From positions 10,106,001 to 10,170,000 of the forward strand of contig CM119384.1 of the NCBI GenBank assembly GCA_051294905.1: a DNA stretch of 64,000 bases, given 5' to 3'. Under the pieces are notes generated by a model, which saw only the letters and a list, made by a program, of their open reading frames with translations, was not told where the DNA came from and ran no database searches. The position numbers were made by a program, and so were the translations under genes. Below are positions 12,198 through 24,100 of this stretch, piece by piece (the stretch's first letter is position 1; the number at the start of each line of letters is the position of its first letter). The stretch comes from Botryllus schlosseri (Eukaryota).

Positions 12198-15100
12198 CTG
12201 TAAAACACACCACAAGGTTTTGTTACCAACAAATATGTGATATTGCCAGTAATGGCACACGTGGCAGCACGTTAAAAACCACCAGTGATTGAATTTTTTC
12301 ACAGATTCGTGAAATTTACCAGTTACCAAACAAAGATTTGTTTAAAATCATTCAGTTTTATACATAAGGGGACACAATGCATGCTATATAGTACCACACC
12401 AGCAGCTATTGGGCCTCTTCGACATACGTGGTAATATCCCAATGGCAGCAGAGTAGTGTGTTTAATGAGTTCCCATCATATCCAAGATGATATGCCGCTA
12501 GAGACATGCCCAAAAGTAACTAGAAGAGTCCAATATATTAGCCTAACGTTTTATGACTTCGATGAATATTGTACTAAAAGCCAAATGAACTTGCGGGCAT
12601 AAATTAACCGGTGCGTAATTTGGATTTTATTGAAGGGTAATTTGCACAAATTAATTCAATACTATGAAAAAAATACCTATCACGATTATCTATCTAGATA
12701 ACTTACTCGTACTTTAATCGAACACTCCGATGAAAAATGTCACGATAACCGGCTGGCAGTGACTATTTTGTTAAATGGGGGTGTTTGAAATCCATATTGT
12801 TATTGGAGGGAGGGGCATTAATGCGAAGCTGGTTAATAACCACTGAACTACATTCTCAAGATGACAAACCGCAGAAAAACGACATCAATCAAACTGGCAA
12901 CGCATATCCCAAGGTGACCAATCGAAAACGACCGAGACAACACACCTGAAAGAGATCCATCACTTGATCCGGGGCGTCCGCGCTGTGACCGGGACCCCCC
13001 GGCGCGTGTCCCTGGTACGTCTCGGCAGGATGCACGCGAGCCTGGACCTGGCTGGGCTGCTGACCGACGGAAGGCGGCCTGAAATTTCCACCCGGGGCCG
13101 GATATGGCCACTGCATGGTGGGCACGACGCCGGGCAGAGTCCCGGCGTACTTTTCCCCGTGCATCAGCAGTCTCGGCGGCATGTTCAACGCGTGTCTCGG
13201 TATAACCTGCTGGTACATATTCCCGTGCCCCGGCATGGACTGGTGATGCGTGGTGGATGGTTGAGTGTCATGGTTCGGGTACACTTTACTCTCTGGTTTT
13301 ACAGTTTGATTTTGATGCCCTGGCGGTAGGTTACTGGACACACCGGACATAGCAAAGTGCTGGTCCACCATGTCCATCTGGGACTGTTCATTATCGGCAC
13401 GGACGTAGCGTTCCCCGTGTTCTGCCCTTGGAGGCTGGTACTGATTCGACTCGTGTTTGACATGTTGCGTTTGATGTATTGCGGCGGTTTGACTTGGGTC
13501 TTGCTGAGCGTGGTGTACATTATAAGATGGGTGCATCGCCATTTGCGGGTTAACATGGGGTAGGGGTCTGCTCGAGGGTATATGTGCGGGTTGCTCGAGC
13601 CTCGGTCGGTACGGGAGCGGGGTCATTGACCTTTGTTGTGGGGTTTGGGGTTTTGGAGTCTGCCTCTGGGGCTCTTCTGGCGGTGTCCGTACGATCGGCA
13701 CCGACGGAAGGTTTGGCCGCATCCCCAAGAACGGGGGCATGTACGGAGACAGATTAGGGTAGTGCGGCATACCTGCGAATAAAAAAAAGAAGAAAGTTTG
13801 GGATGCAGTTCATTCTCACATGTACGCCGTACACATAAAGACACAAAACTGTTTGAAGAAGATTTGAATCAGACCACATGAGCAGGACATTGGGCTTCCG
13901 TGTAAAAATGCATCACACCCATAGGTGATCAGACTTAAGTACAAGAAGAACTGCAATTTCAAATAAGTAAAAAAGTATTCTAGGCCTAGTTTTGCTAAAA
14001 CTGAACACTGCTAAGTAGAAGTTCTTCGTTACTGACCACACAACATGTCGATGTAATCACAGAAACTATCAAGATTTAGGTGTTAACGGTAATGATTTTC
14101 TGATCATAAATGCCAAAATTCCATGGTCCACTGGTTTGAGTAACTCTTGCAATATAGCCAATTATTTCAGACGCACACAATTGGGGTCATGAGCGTGATT
14201 ACAATAAAGAACAAAGCTCTTACCCGGATTGGGATAATATAGGTGCGACGGAAAAACTTGCTTTTGTTGCATGTTGGCTTGCTGCGGATGTAGATACGGA
14301 TGTGGAATGTTCGGTACAGAGGATGCCGCCAAGTTCGGATTAGAAGACGAAGTTCTCTGGGATTCAGAAGTCTCGGCGCCCTGCCAAAAAGTTTGACGAT
14401 CGGAAGGTGCAGAAAAAAATCATACTCGGGATAATATAGCAACGCACTTGATTCATGCCCGGTAATTTCGGAGCGTCGCGATTCCGCGTCGGTGTCGAGA
14501 CTTCGATTTTAGCGGGCGGAATGTGTGGCGCGGGCGCAGAATGCTGAAGCAGGTAGGGGCTCGACAGCGTCCTCTGCATGGTGTCTGGCTGCTGCGGTTG
14601 CTGTGGCGCTAACGGATGCGCGTCTGTGAATAGAAAAAAATCAAGGTGCGGCCCGATAACAGGGACCGTTGTTCCGAATCACCAATTAGTCTATTCCATT
14701 TCCAATCAGTTCCGAGTGTATTCCAGGAAAAGGGATAGTCATGTTCACTAAGCAGTCGTAATAACCAAATGGTATCAAGTCTACGACAAAGTCACTAAAA
14801 CTTAACTCTACAGCAGCATTAACATTTTGCATACAAGGGCTGGTTGAGAAGTGTTTGAAAGCTTTCAACAAAATTACATTAGGGCTCTCAGCCGGGCTTT
14901 AAATGAGCCCCAGGGGTTCGTTGAGGTTCGACGGAGGGCAAGACACACATCCAGCCCATGGAGCGGTAAATATTCATGATCATCCTTTTGTTTCGTGAGA
15001 AAATCGTGTTTGAAAGGTTTTGATCTTTTGAAGCTGTTGCTGATGTAGAGTTCATCCTGCGCACTAGTATGCTATAGTAATGTAGTAGATGCGTAATGTG

Positions 15101-18100
15101 GTATATTTGAAATATAGAAAACTTTTGGTTTGCTGTCAGCATGCAAGAGTTTACCAGATCAACTTACAGGGCATCATCGCAGGAGTTTGAGAGCTTGAAA
15201 ATCGGTTCTGCGGAAGACCAAACGGCTGTTGAGCATGTCCCTGTCAAAAAATACGGTACAAACATCGCAAAATGATCGAATCAAACCGCAATTTCATCAA
15301 TACCTGATTATGAATAGGCATCATAGATTCTGGGTAGCCTAGGTACGGCGTTTTTGGGGCGTGCGAGTACGGTATGCGAGAGCTGTGCTCCATCGCGTGC
15401 GGCGCACTTGTCGGGGTGCTTTTTATCGATACTGCGGATTGAGACGGTATGCTGGCACGTGGATGATGCAACGCCGAAGGCGCGTTGGCGAAGGAAAGCG
15501 CCGGGTCGGACGGCTTCTTCGAAAGCTCTGAAAACCGAGTAGGAACAAAATATTTAGTAGTCAGACGACAGTTGAGAGCAAATGCGATGTAAGAAAGGGA
15601 CCAGACGTAGTCAAAGTACTCAAGTGTTAAGTTTTTGACTACTTTTTAGACAAAAAGTTTTTTCTAGGCTAAACTACTCATTTTTACGCTTTGGATTTTG
15701 TATAAGTACAGGGTAGTTTTGTGATATGTCTGCATCATTTTTACGAGTGAAATCGTGATAACCAAGCAAACTACTTTGATCAACCCAGGTTATAAACTAC
15801 GACAGACAGACGGTGAGAAAAAAGCATCGATCAGGCTTATACGATTTGAAACGTTGACGATAGTAAGCAGATACCTGGCCGGCTGCTCGGTCTTTGCAGG
15901 AAACCTCCGACAGGCAACGTAGATACCGCCGCAGTCCGCGGCTCCTGAGCAACGACCGGGCTTCGAGCCGGGGCACCGTGGCTGCCGACAGATATCTGGG
16001 ACCTCTGCGGCTCGGGCGGTGTGCCGCGTGACGGCAATGCGGAAGGTTGATTTCCGGAAGCTACTGAAACGGCAACGACTGAAAACAGATAAGTTAAGAA
16101 TACAGAAGGCAGTAACCGTGACATTGGTCTTACAGGGATTGGTCGAAATCTCGGAGCTTGTCGCCGTCGGTGACGGTTCTGGCGTCGGTACGGTCGTGAC
16201 AAACTGTTGATGGAAGAGACTTTGAGTTAGTTGTGATCGAGATATGCGAAAACTCCTTACCAACAGCGGATCAATTGTTCAGCAATATAAGGTTACAGCG
16301 CATAGACCATGTGTAGTGCGGTATCATAAGCGACTCAAGTAATGCTACTTTTTCATAGCACTCAAGTCGGTTTTGTTCACTTGCGCTGCATACTCAAGCA
16401 GTTGATGTTAGACTGCTTCCACTTGGCAGTTTTCAGTTTTTTAGTTAGGACTAGGCCGAGAACACTTAATTAATAAGCAACATGGAAAGTGGAACTTTTT
16501 TTGTTTTGGAGTAGAAATTCACGTTACTTCTACTTGAGTGTCGTCGATAACTACTTTGACAACCATCTCAAATACAAAGAGACGGCAGAGGCAAAATCTA
16601 TTAGCTCACAGCAGGGTTGTAACCAAGTCACTAGGTTCCGAGTCACAAGTCAATCTCACTTTCATAGTTCTGACTCGAGTTATGTTCAATTCACCAGAGA
16701 GTCAAGTCCGAGTCCAAGTCAGAGAGTAGACGGTCGAATCCGAGTCATAGCCCGAGTCCAAGTCATTGTGTTTACTGTTCAGTTTTGAGTTCAATCGGGT
16801 TCAGCCTACTTTTTCAACTCTGCTCGAGTGATGTAGAATGGCTCGCATTCATAATATCGTAATTTTCCTCATTCCTAACAGTTTCTGGCCAGATTTTCAA
16901 AGTGAGACTGATAGACTAAATACTATAATGTGGTGACTTTACTATTCTACGAAGTTACAATGAAATGTCGGCCGTCCTAGTTTCGAGTCATATGACTTGG
17001 ATCGAGTCATGTCCAATGACTCGAGTACAAGTCAAGTCAATACATAAATTGACTAGAGCCGCAAAAAAATCATGATTCAAGTCGAGTCATTACAACCATG
17101 GCTCACAGCTCAACCAGTTCAAAGTGCACGACGTATTCTTACCGGTAGATTCTGGACCGGCATCGCAACATTGGTGCTGGCGGGTTGGCTCACGTAAGCA
17201 GGACGATTGTCGGGTTCAACGGGGAGACGCGCAGGCTCTGGCGCGGTCTCAGATCGCACAACCTAAAAACATATAACGTGACCCCCCGTACAAACACAAA
17301 TAAATAAACTCCAACCTGTCTCGCCTGCACGCTAGCAGAATTTACGTCACTCGTCTGGTACGTCCGCTCAGAGCGCGACTCGGGAAGCGAACTGACCCAC
17401 GGCGTATCGATGGCTTTCGGTGGCAGTTCACCCACAGAATCACTGGACCGTATTTGGTCATCCTCCAGGGTCAACGACCGCTGTTTCACAAACGATTCGC
17501 GCCCATCAGCAAAGTCCGTCCGGACCGACGGCAACTCCAAATCGGACTTGTCCGCAGAGACCTTCCGACTGTTGTTCCCGGCAACGAAACTTTCTTCGTG
17601 GCATTTCTCAAAGGCCGCCTGCGGTGACACTTCCCTACTGATAATGTCCGGTGCTGTGTCGTAGCTCGTTGCTGGCTCATTTGAAGTGGTCTTGTCTTTA
17701 GATACCCGCCGAGAACTGGGCCGAGGCGAGGCATCAGACAGGAAACTGTCTGCGGGCCGGTCTTCGTCGGCAAAGTCACCAAAGAGACCCTCGATCGCGC
17801 TGACCGCGGCCGCCAGTTCGTTTTCTTCCGCCGTGGACCGTTCCTTGGCCAGGTCACTTTCCACATCCTCCTTTTCCTGACTCGACTCGTGCCCCTTTTC
17901 GTTGTCTTCGCTTTGTGACTCGTCGCGACCAGGGACCTGCTTCACAACATCAGCCCCGGCATCTACATCGTCACTCTCAGTCTTGTCCGCAAAATTTTGC
18001 TGATTAGGCACGGTCTCGTCGACTTTAACGTCAGAAAAGTACGAGTCTGCGTCCGAGCTTTCGTCAAGAATACCCATAATGGACCTGACCGCTTCCTCCT

Positions 18101-21100
18101 CTCTTTCATGTGATATAGACTTCATCTTGTCCATATTCTCTCGCCTATCCACGACACCAAAATGATGCCTGCGCTGCCCCGTCGGATACCCAGCGCCCGG
18201 TAGGTTAGGCCGTTCGCGCTTCACTTCGCACAGGTCGTGCGATCTTTTCCGATCACGGGGTTCTGAAACTTTTTTCAACGGGGACAGCGACCTTGGACGC
18301 GGCGGCACAGGGAGCTTTGTCGGAGATTTTGGTTTTCGTACAGACGGTAGAAGTATGTCCGCCTGTGTGTCACGGACATCGCGGTCTTGACGCAGGACAG
18401 ACAAAGCTGATTTCACGGCCGATTTTTGTTCTTTATCGCTGTCGTCAGACCCGCTACTGAGAAAACTCCTTTCGCGTTGCACCACCAGCGCCTTTTCGAC
18501 CGGTGAAGGCCCGGCATCCGCTTCGGTCGGGACAGTTTCTTCGCCGTGGTCCGGCAAAAGTTGACTTTTGTGCACGTCCCGAGACGAGTCATACTCTTCG
18601 TCGATTGTGAAGCCGATATCATCATCGTCGCTGTCTGAACCAAAAAGTGAGTATGTGATATCTTTATTCTGGTTTTCGTCGGTTTTAATAGGTTCAGGTT
18701 TCTTTGGAGATTCAGGTTGTACAGGCGCAGCGACTTTTTTGTGCTTCTTCAATTTGTCGCGGTCTTCCTTGCCAATCTTATCGAGACGGTCCTTTTTCGT
18801 CCTTTCATCTTTCCCTTTCGCGCTCTCCGACTCGCTTCTGGAAAAGTCAGCCTTTTTGTGTTTTTTCGAACTTTTCTTCTTGTGTTTCCCAGTCTCCCTG
18901 TCAGGCTTTTGCCACGATTCTTTGCGGTCGTCTTCCGGCTTTGGCGCTGACGACTTGCTAGATATTTTGGGATCTTTCTTTTTGATCAATTCCGATTTTT
19001 CGGTGTCGTGTTCCGGTTTCTTTTCTTTTGCCTCCGTCTTGGACGATGACTTCTTATCGGAAACGTGCTCCGGCGCATTCTTAACGGGGTCTTTCCTTTT
19101 TCCGATCTCCAAGTCTACCTTGTCAGGTTTCGAAGACGACTTTTTGTCAGGATCGCGCTCCGACGCCACTTTACCCGGGTCTCTCTTTTTGGTGCTTTCG
19201 CCTAATTCCGATTTTGAGATTTTACCGGAATCTTTCTTTCTCCCAACGTCATCAAACTTTCCGGACTTGTGCCTTTTCTCCGCGTCACGTTCCGACGAAA
19301 TTTTAGAAGAATCTTTCGGTTTAGCGGCTTCACCGAATTCGTGCATCTCCGATTTTGATAACCTTTTATCCGAGTCGCGTTCCGACACCGTTTTAGTCAA
19401 ATCTCTCTTCTTACCGATTTCACCAGGGTCGACTTTCCCGGATTTCGCCGACTTTTTGTCCGAATCATGATCAGACGCGATCTTGGGAGAATCTCTCCTT
19501 TTGCTCGATTCGCCGAAATCATACCTCTCCGATTTCGAAGACTTCTTATCCGGGTCTTTCGCAGAGTCCTTCTTTTTCGCAGCCTCCACAGACTCAGGCC
19601 TGGACTGTTTCTTGTCGTGGTCGTGTCCCGGAACTAATCTTCCCGAATCGCTTTTACCGCTCCGCGACTTTTGGTCTTTATGCTTTTTAGCTTTCGCCAG
19701 CGATTTGTCTTTCGGCTGATGCACGAGAGGGGACGATTTTGCCGATTTTGATTCCGGCTTGTCGGCGGCGAAGCTCGGCGATGGCTCGCGACTAGCGTCG
19801 GACTTCTTTACTTTCGTGGAATGCTTCGATTTCAACTTGAAACCCACATCAGGCTCGTTATCGGACGATAAATCATGCTTGCGTTTCTCTTTTTTCGCCA
19901 TCTTCGCCAGTTTCTTGGTAGACTTTCCGTCTCCTTTCTTCGAGGTCTTCTCCGATTTTTTACTCTGGACTTTGTGATCAAACGCTGCAGTCGATACAGT
20001 GGCTTTCGCGTCCGGCTTGGGCGCGAGAGCTTTGAGCTGAGGTTTCGGGGTTTTCTTCGGCGGCGTCTCCGAGTCGGAAGAGTCCAAATCGTCGGAAAAA
20101 GCCATGGCCGACCGTTTGGGGAAAGACTTTTTCGGAACAGAAATCTCGTCCGAACTCTCCGAATTGGTCAGCGACATCACCAGCTGCGTCTCAGACATAT
20201 CCGAATCGGAACAGCTGCCAAACAGATGCTTGCTCTCAGTTTCGGGCTTCAAATCTTTGATTTTTGTCCCGGATTTTTTCTTGCGCTTTTTTTCCCGAAA
20301 AACATCGGCAGAGCGCGAATCGTCTTCGCTCGCCGAAGAATCAGAGAAAGAGTCCCGGTCGTATCCGACCGGCATGATCGTTTCGCTTTTGATGGTTTCC
20401 GTCGTCAGCATGGATGACCGACCGGCACCGGTCGCGAACGGCTCTAAAGATGAAGCCGACGACATACTCCAATGACTTTTCGAACGCCGGCTGCTATCGT
20501 CTACATCCGACCATTTCTCGTCCTCGCTGACGATTCTGCTTTCAGATTCATGCGGAAATTTCGACACGCCCGAAGAAATTCCTTCGTCCGCAGACTCGTC
20601 TGAAGAATCGGACGATATCACGAGTCTTTTCTTTGCGGGTTTCTCGTGCTTTTTTGTCTTTTTCAATTTTTTCCTATTGTCGACAGGACCGGGCACCGTT
20701 TTGGAAGACGGTGGTGCGGAATGGGACGCCTTGAGATCGGAATGGGCCTTCACGCTTTTAACCTGTTTAGACTCTTTTTTGGTGAGCCCGCTTTTCTCCG
20801 ACGTTTTCAGCAGGTTTTCGCTGGTCTTCGATTTTTCGACAGGATTCTTCTTGCTTTTTTCGCATTCCCTGACACTTTTTCCATCTTTGTTTTTACTGTC
20901 CGACTTGTCCTCTGACGTGGAACCGACAGTTTTCTTCTCGGAATGTTTTTCGCGTTTGTCCAACCCGTGTTTTTTCTTTTTCTTCTTCACAAAATGTGGA
21001 GTCGTGTCCACCCTACTCTCACTACCTTCCGGCCGTATCGATGGAGATTTCGATTCGGTCAATTTTCTGTCTTCCTTTGCAACAGCAGAACCGAAGACAT

Positions 21101-24100
21101 CACCTTTTTCACGCTTTTCCGCCTTAGCCTTCGCTTTTTTATCCGTTTTCGCGTCAGCCGGCACGGATTTTTTCTCGGAAATTTTCTTTTTCGAAACACC
21201 GTCATCCGTTTTCTTGTTGCCAGACTCCTCTTTGCTTTTATGTTCCTTAGTTTTTGCTTGAGAAGTCTCCGCATCGTCATCACCCGCAGTACGCTCCAAA
21301 ACCTTCTCACTCGTAGCTTCTTTATCGCTGTCCTCGGGTTTTGCCCTTTCCTCGCTTACCTTCGACTTTGCATCCGACTTTGTTTTGTGCGCGTCGCCTT
21401 TCGGTTTTTTGTGACTGTCCTTTTTAGCGATCTTTTCCTTTTTGGCCTCCTTCGAGATCTTGCGTTTGACGGCGATTTTCGGCGTCTTCGGCAAGTCATT
21501 TTTGCCCGGAATCTTCTTCTTGCCGACCTTCGGCCTATCCTTCGTGATTTGCGCATCTTCATTTTCGCCAGACGTCAACGGGACCTGTTTTATTTCGCCG
21601 ACCACGTCTACAAATTCATCAGGCTTTTTCGATATCGCGTCACCGTCAACCGTTTCAGCTTTCGCAATCTTTTCCGGCCGAGTTTCTGCATCACTCACAA
21701 CTCGATCCGTTTCCATTTCTGATTTCGAATCTTCCGTTATTTCTTCGACGACATTGTCATCGATAATAACGTCACCGAGATTTCCCGAGTCCTCTACGTC
21801 CACAGATATCTCCATACAGCCGCCCGCTTCTAAATCTTCAGCGCACACGCTCTCCGCATCTACCTTGAGCGCGTCCTGCTGCATTTGTGACGCGTCTACA
21901 CATTCCGAGACAGGAGAAACAGTGCGGTCTTCTGATATCGCAGACTTTGCCGGACTATTTTTGCTTGAATGTGAAGGTATAATTTCAGTATCGCATAGGT
22001 TTTGTGAGACGCAGGGCAACTCTGTGTCTCGTTCTAAAGAGTCTGGTAGTAGAGTAGGCTCCTGCTCGTGTTTTGATATCTCTCTTGTGTCTTCGCTGCC
22101 ATAATCCATCGTCGATGTGTTAGTTTTCTTCCCGAACGCATCTCTCGGTCTCTCAGCAGTTACGGGAAGGTCAGAGCTGCTGAGAGAAAGCACGTTTTTT
22201 GGCCCGTCGCTTGAAGAAACAGGGGTGGGCGGATTGCACGGCACCGGGTCTACCCCGGCGCTCGGCGCGACCGAATTCAGTGGGACCGGTAACATCTGCG
22301 GTACAGGTACTGGCTGCAGAAATTTTGAACCGGCAAACAGCGGGACGTTTAAAGGTACCGGAGGTGCGGACATGGGCGCGGCGTTGAATTCGTTGCTGGA
22401 CAAATGGTCGGAGATGTAAGAGAGTCGCGCCAAGTCTTGGTCGATTATGCTGGAGCTGTGTAATAAAAAGCGGAATTGTTACATCGCGCCAGCGGCTTCG
22501 CACATTGAGGAATCTGCATTCAGAGGATCGAGAGTGCTTTGAAATTATCTATGTACAATAGCAGAGGTGGTCTATTGAAGTACCAAATTATAGTTCACTG
22601 CCTTAGGTTGTGATGCAGTGGCCCATGATGTGCAGAGGTGACTCAAGTAAACATCTTGGTTCTCAAGTAAAGGGGAATTAACGACGTGAATTTCAACTCA
22701 AGTACGTACGCGATTTCCCAGTAAGTAAGCATTCTAGTCCGAGAAAACAGTAAAATAGACGAGTGGGAGTAACACAAGAAGGCAAAACCTACTTTCGTCC
22801 GTACTTTAGTTTCTGGCCACCTCTGGTCAATAAAACAATCTACCAGCATGTCAGAGTACAGACTCTTTACTCTAGATCTGAAAGTTCCAATCTCAGACCA
22901 GCCTACGAAACTCACCGACACAATTTAACATCGACGCCGACCGCGCCATCAATGGCCACGCGTTCCAGGGTCGCGGCCTCGGTTTTCACCTTGACCTCCG
23001 ACGCCAGCCCCGAGCTTCTCTTTTTCACTTTGCCCAGCAGCTTGAGCCGATCGGTCAGCGAAGGCCCGGAAGCCGGACTCTGCGACGAGGCGCCGGTGTC
23101 TGTTCTCCTGTTGTGAGCCTGTGTCGAATACGTCCGGTTAGCAGATATCGCCGATAATTGAAGTTTTCCAACGATGCCATAACCACATAAGCTAGGCTAG
23201 ACAGACGTGGTATTTCAAAATTCATTAAAAATTTGTTGTCCTTAGTTTCTAACCAGTACTGTGGGCATAAGGTAGTAACAGGCCAATTGAATCATCGGGC
23301 AAACCTAATATACATGGGATAATATATGCACTAGGGGTATTCAAAAATGACTTTTTTTTTCTCAAATCGTACTGGCAACTTGATAAAATTGTTAGGTTAC
23401 CTAATTTAAGCCTACACACCAAATTTGGCTCAATTCCAGCCATTAGCCGCATTGCTACAGGAGAAGAAAGTTTCGATTTATTATATAAAAATAAATAGGA
23501 CAAATATTTAAAAATTTTTTGTTAACCCCATGAAAGTGTTGGGTTGTCTATAGAAACGCTGTTCACCAAATTTGGTTCAATTCCAACCAGTGGAAGCGGA
23601 GTAATTGCCGTCGAAAAATTAGAATTATGAATAAAATAGTATTTACGGTGACCAATTCTTTAATTATTTATTATAGTGTAAATACTATTTATATATACAC
23701 CGTGTATACTATTTTATTCAAATCCAAATTTTTCGACGGCAATAATTCCGCTTCCATTGGTTGGAATTGAACCAAATTTGGTGAACATCGATTTTATAGA
23801 CAACCCAACACTTTCATGGGGTGAACAGAAAATTTTCAAATTTTTTGTAATTTATTTTTATATAATAAATCGAAACTTTATTCTCCTGTAGCAATGCATG
23901 CGGCTACTGGCTGGAATTGAGCCAAATTTGGTGTGTAGGCTTAAATTAGGTAACCTAACAATTTTATCAAGTAGCCAGTACGATTTGAGAAAAAAAAAAC
24001 ATTTTTGAATACCCCTAATATGCACGGATGCCTTATTCCGTACCTTTCGCGGAAATTTTGTCCCAATTTTTGGCAATGAGTCCGTGATGACAGTTTGTCA

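Noticed and set aside
14888-15142. Possible extra SPEN exon in intron 23
   Set aside because: The best acceptors give immediate stops and no donor closes the frame. Exon 23 joins exon 24 in phase without it.
17410-22419. Many long + strand ORFs (up to 300 aa, F/S/L-rich) opposite SPEN exon 19
   Set aside because: They are antisense shadows of a K/E/D/S-biased coding exon, with no independent start, splice or homology signal.
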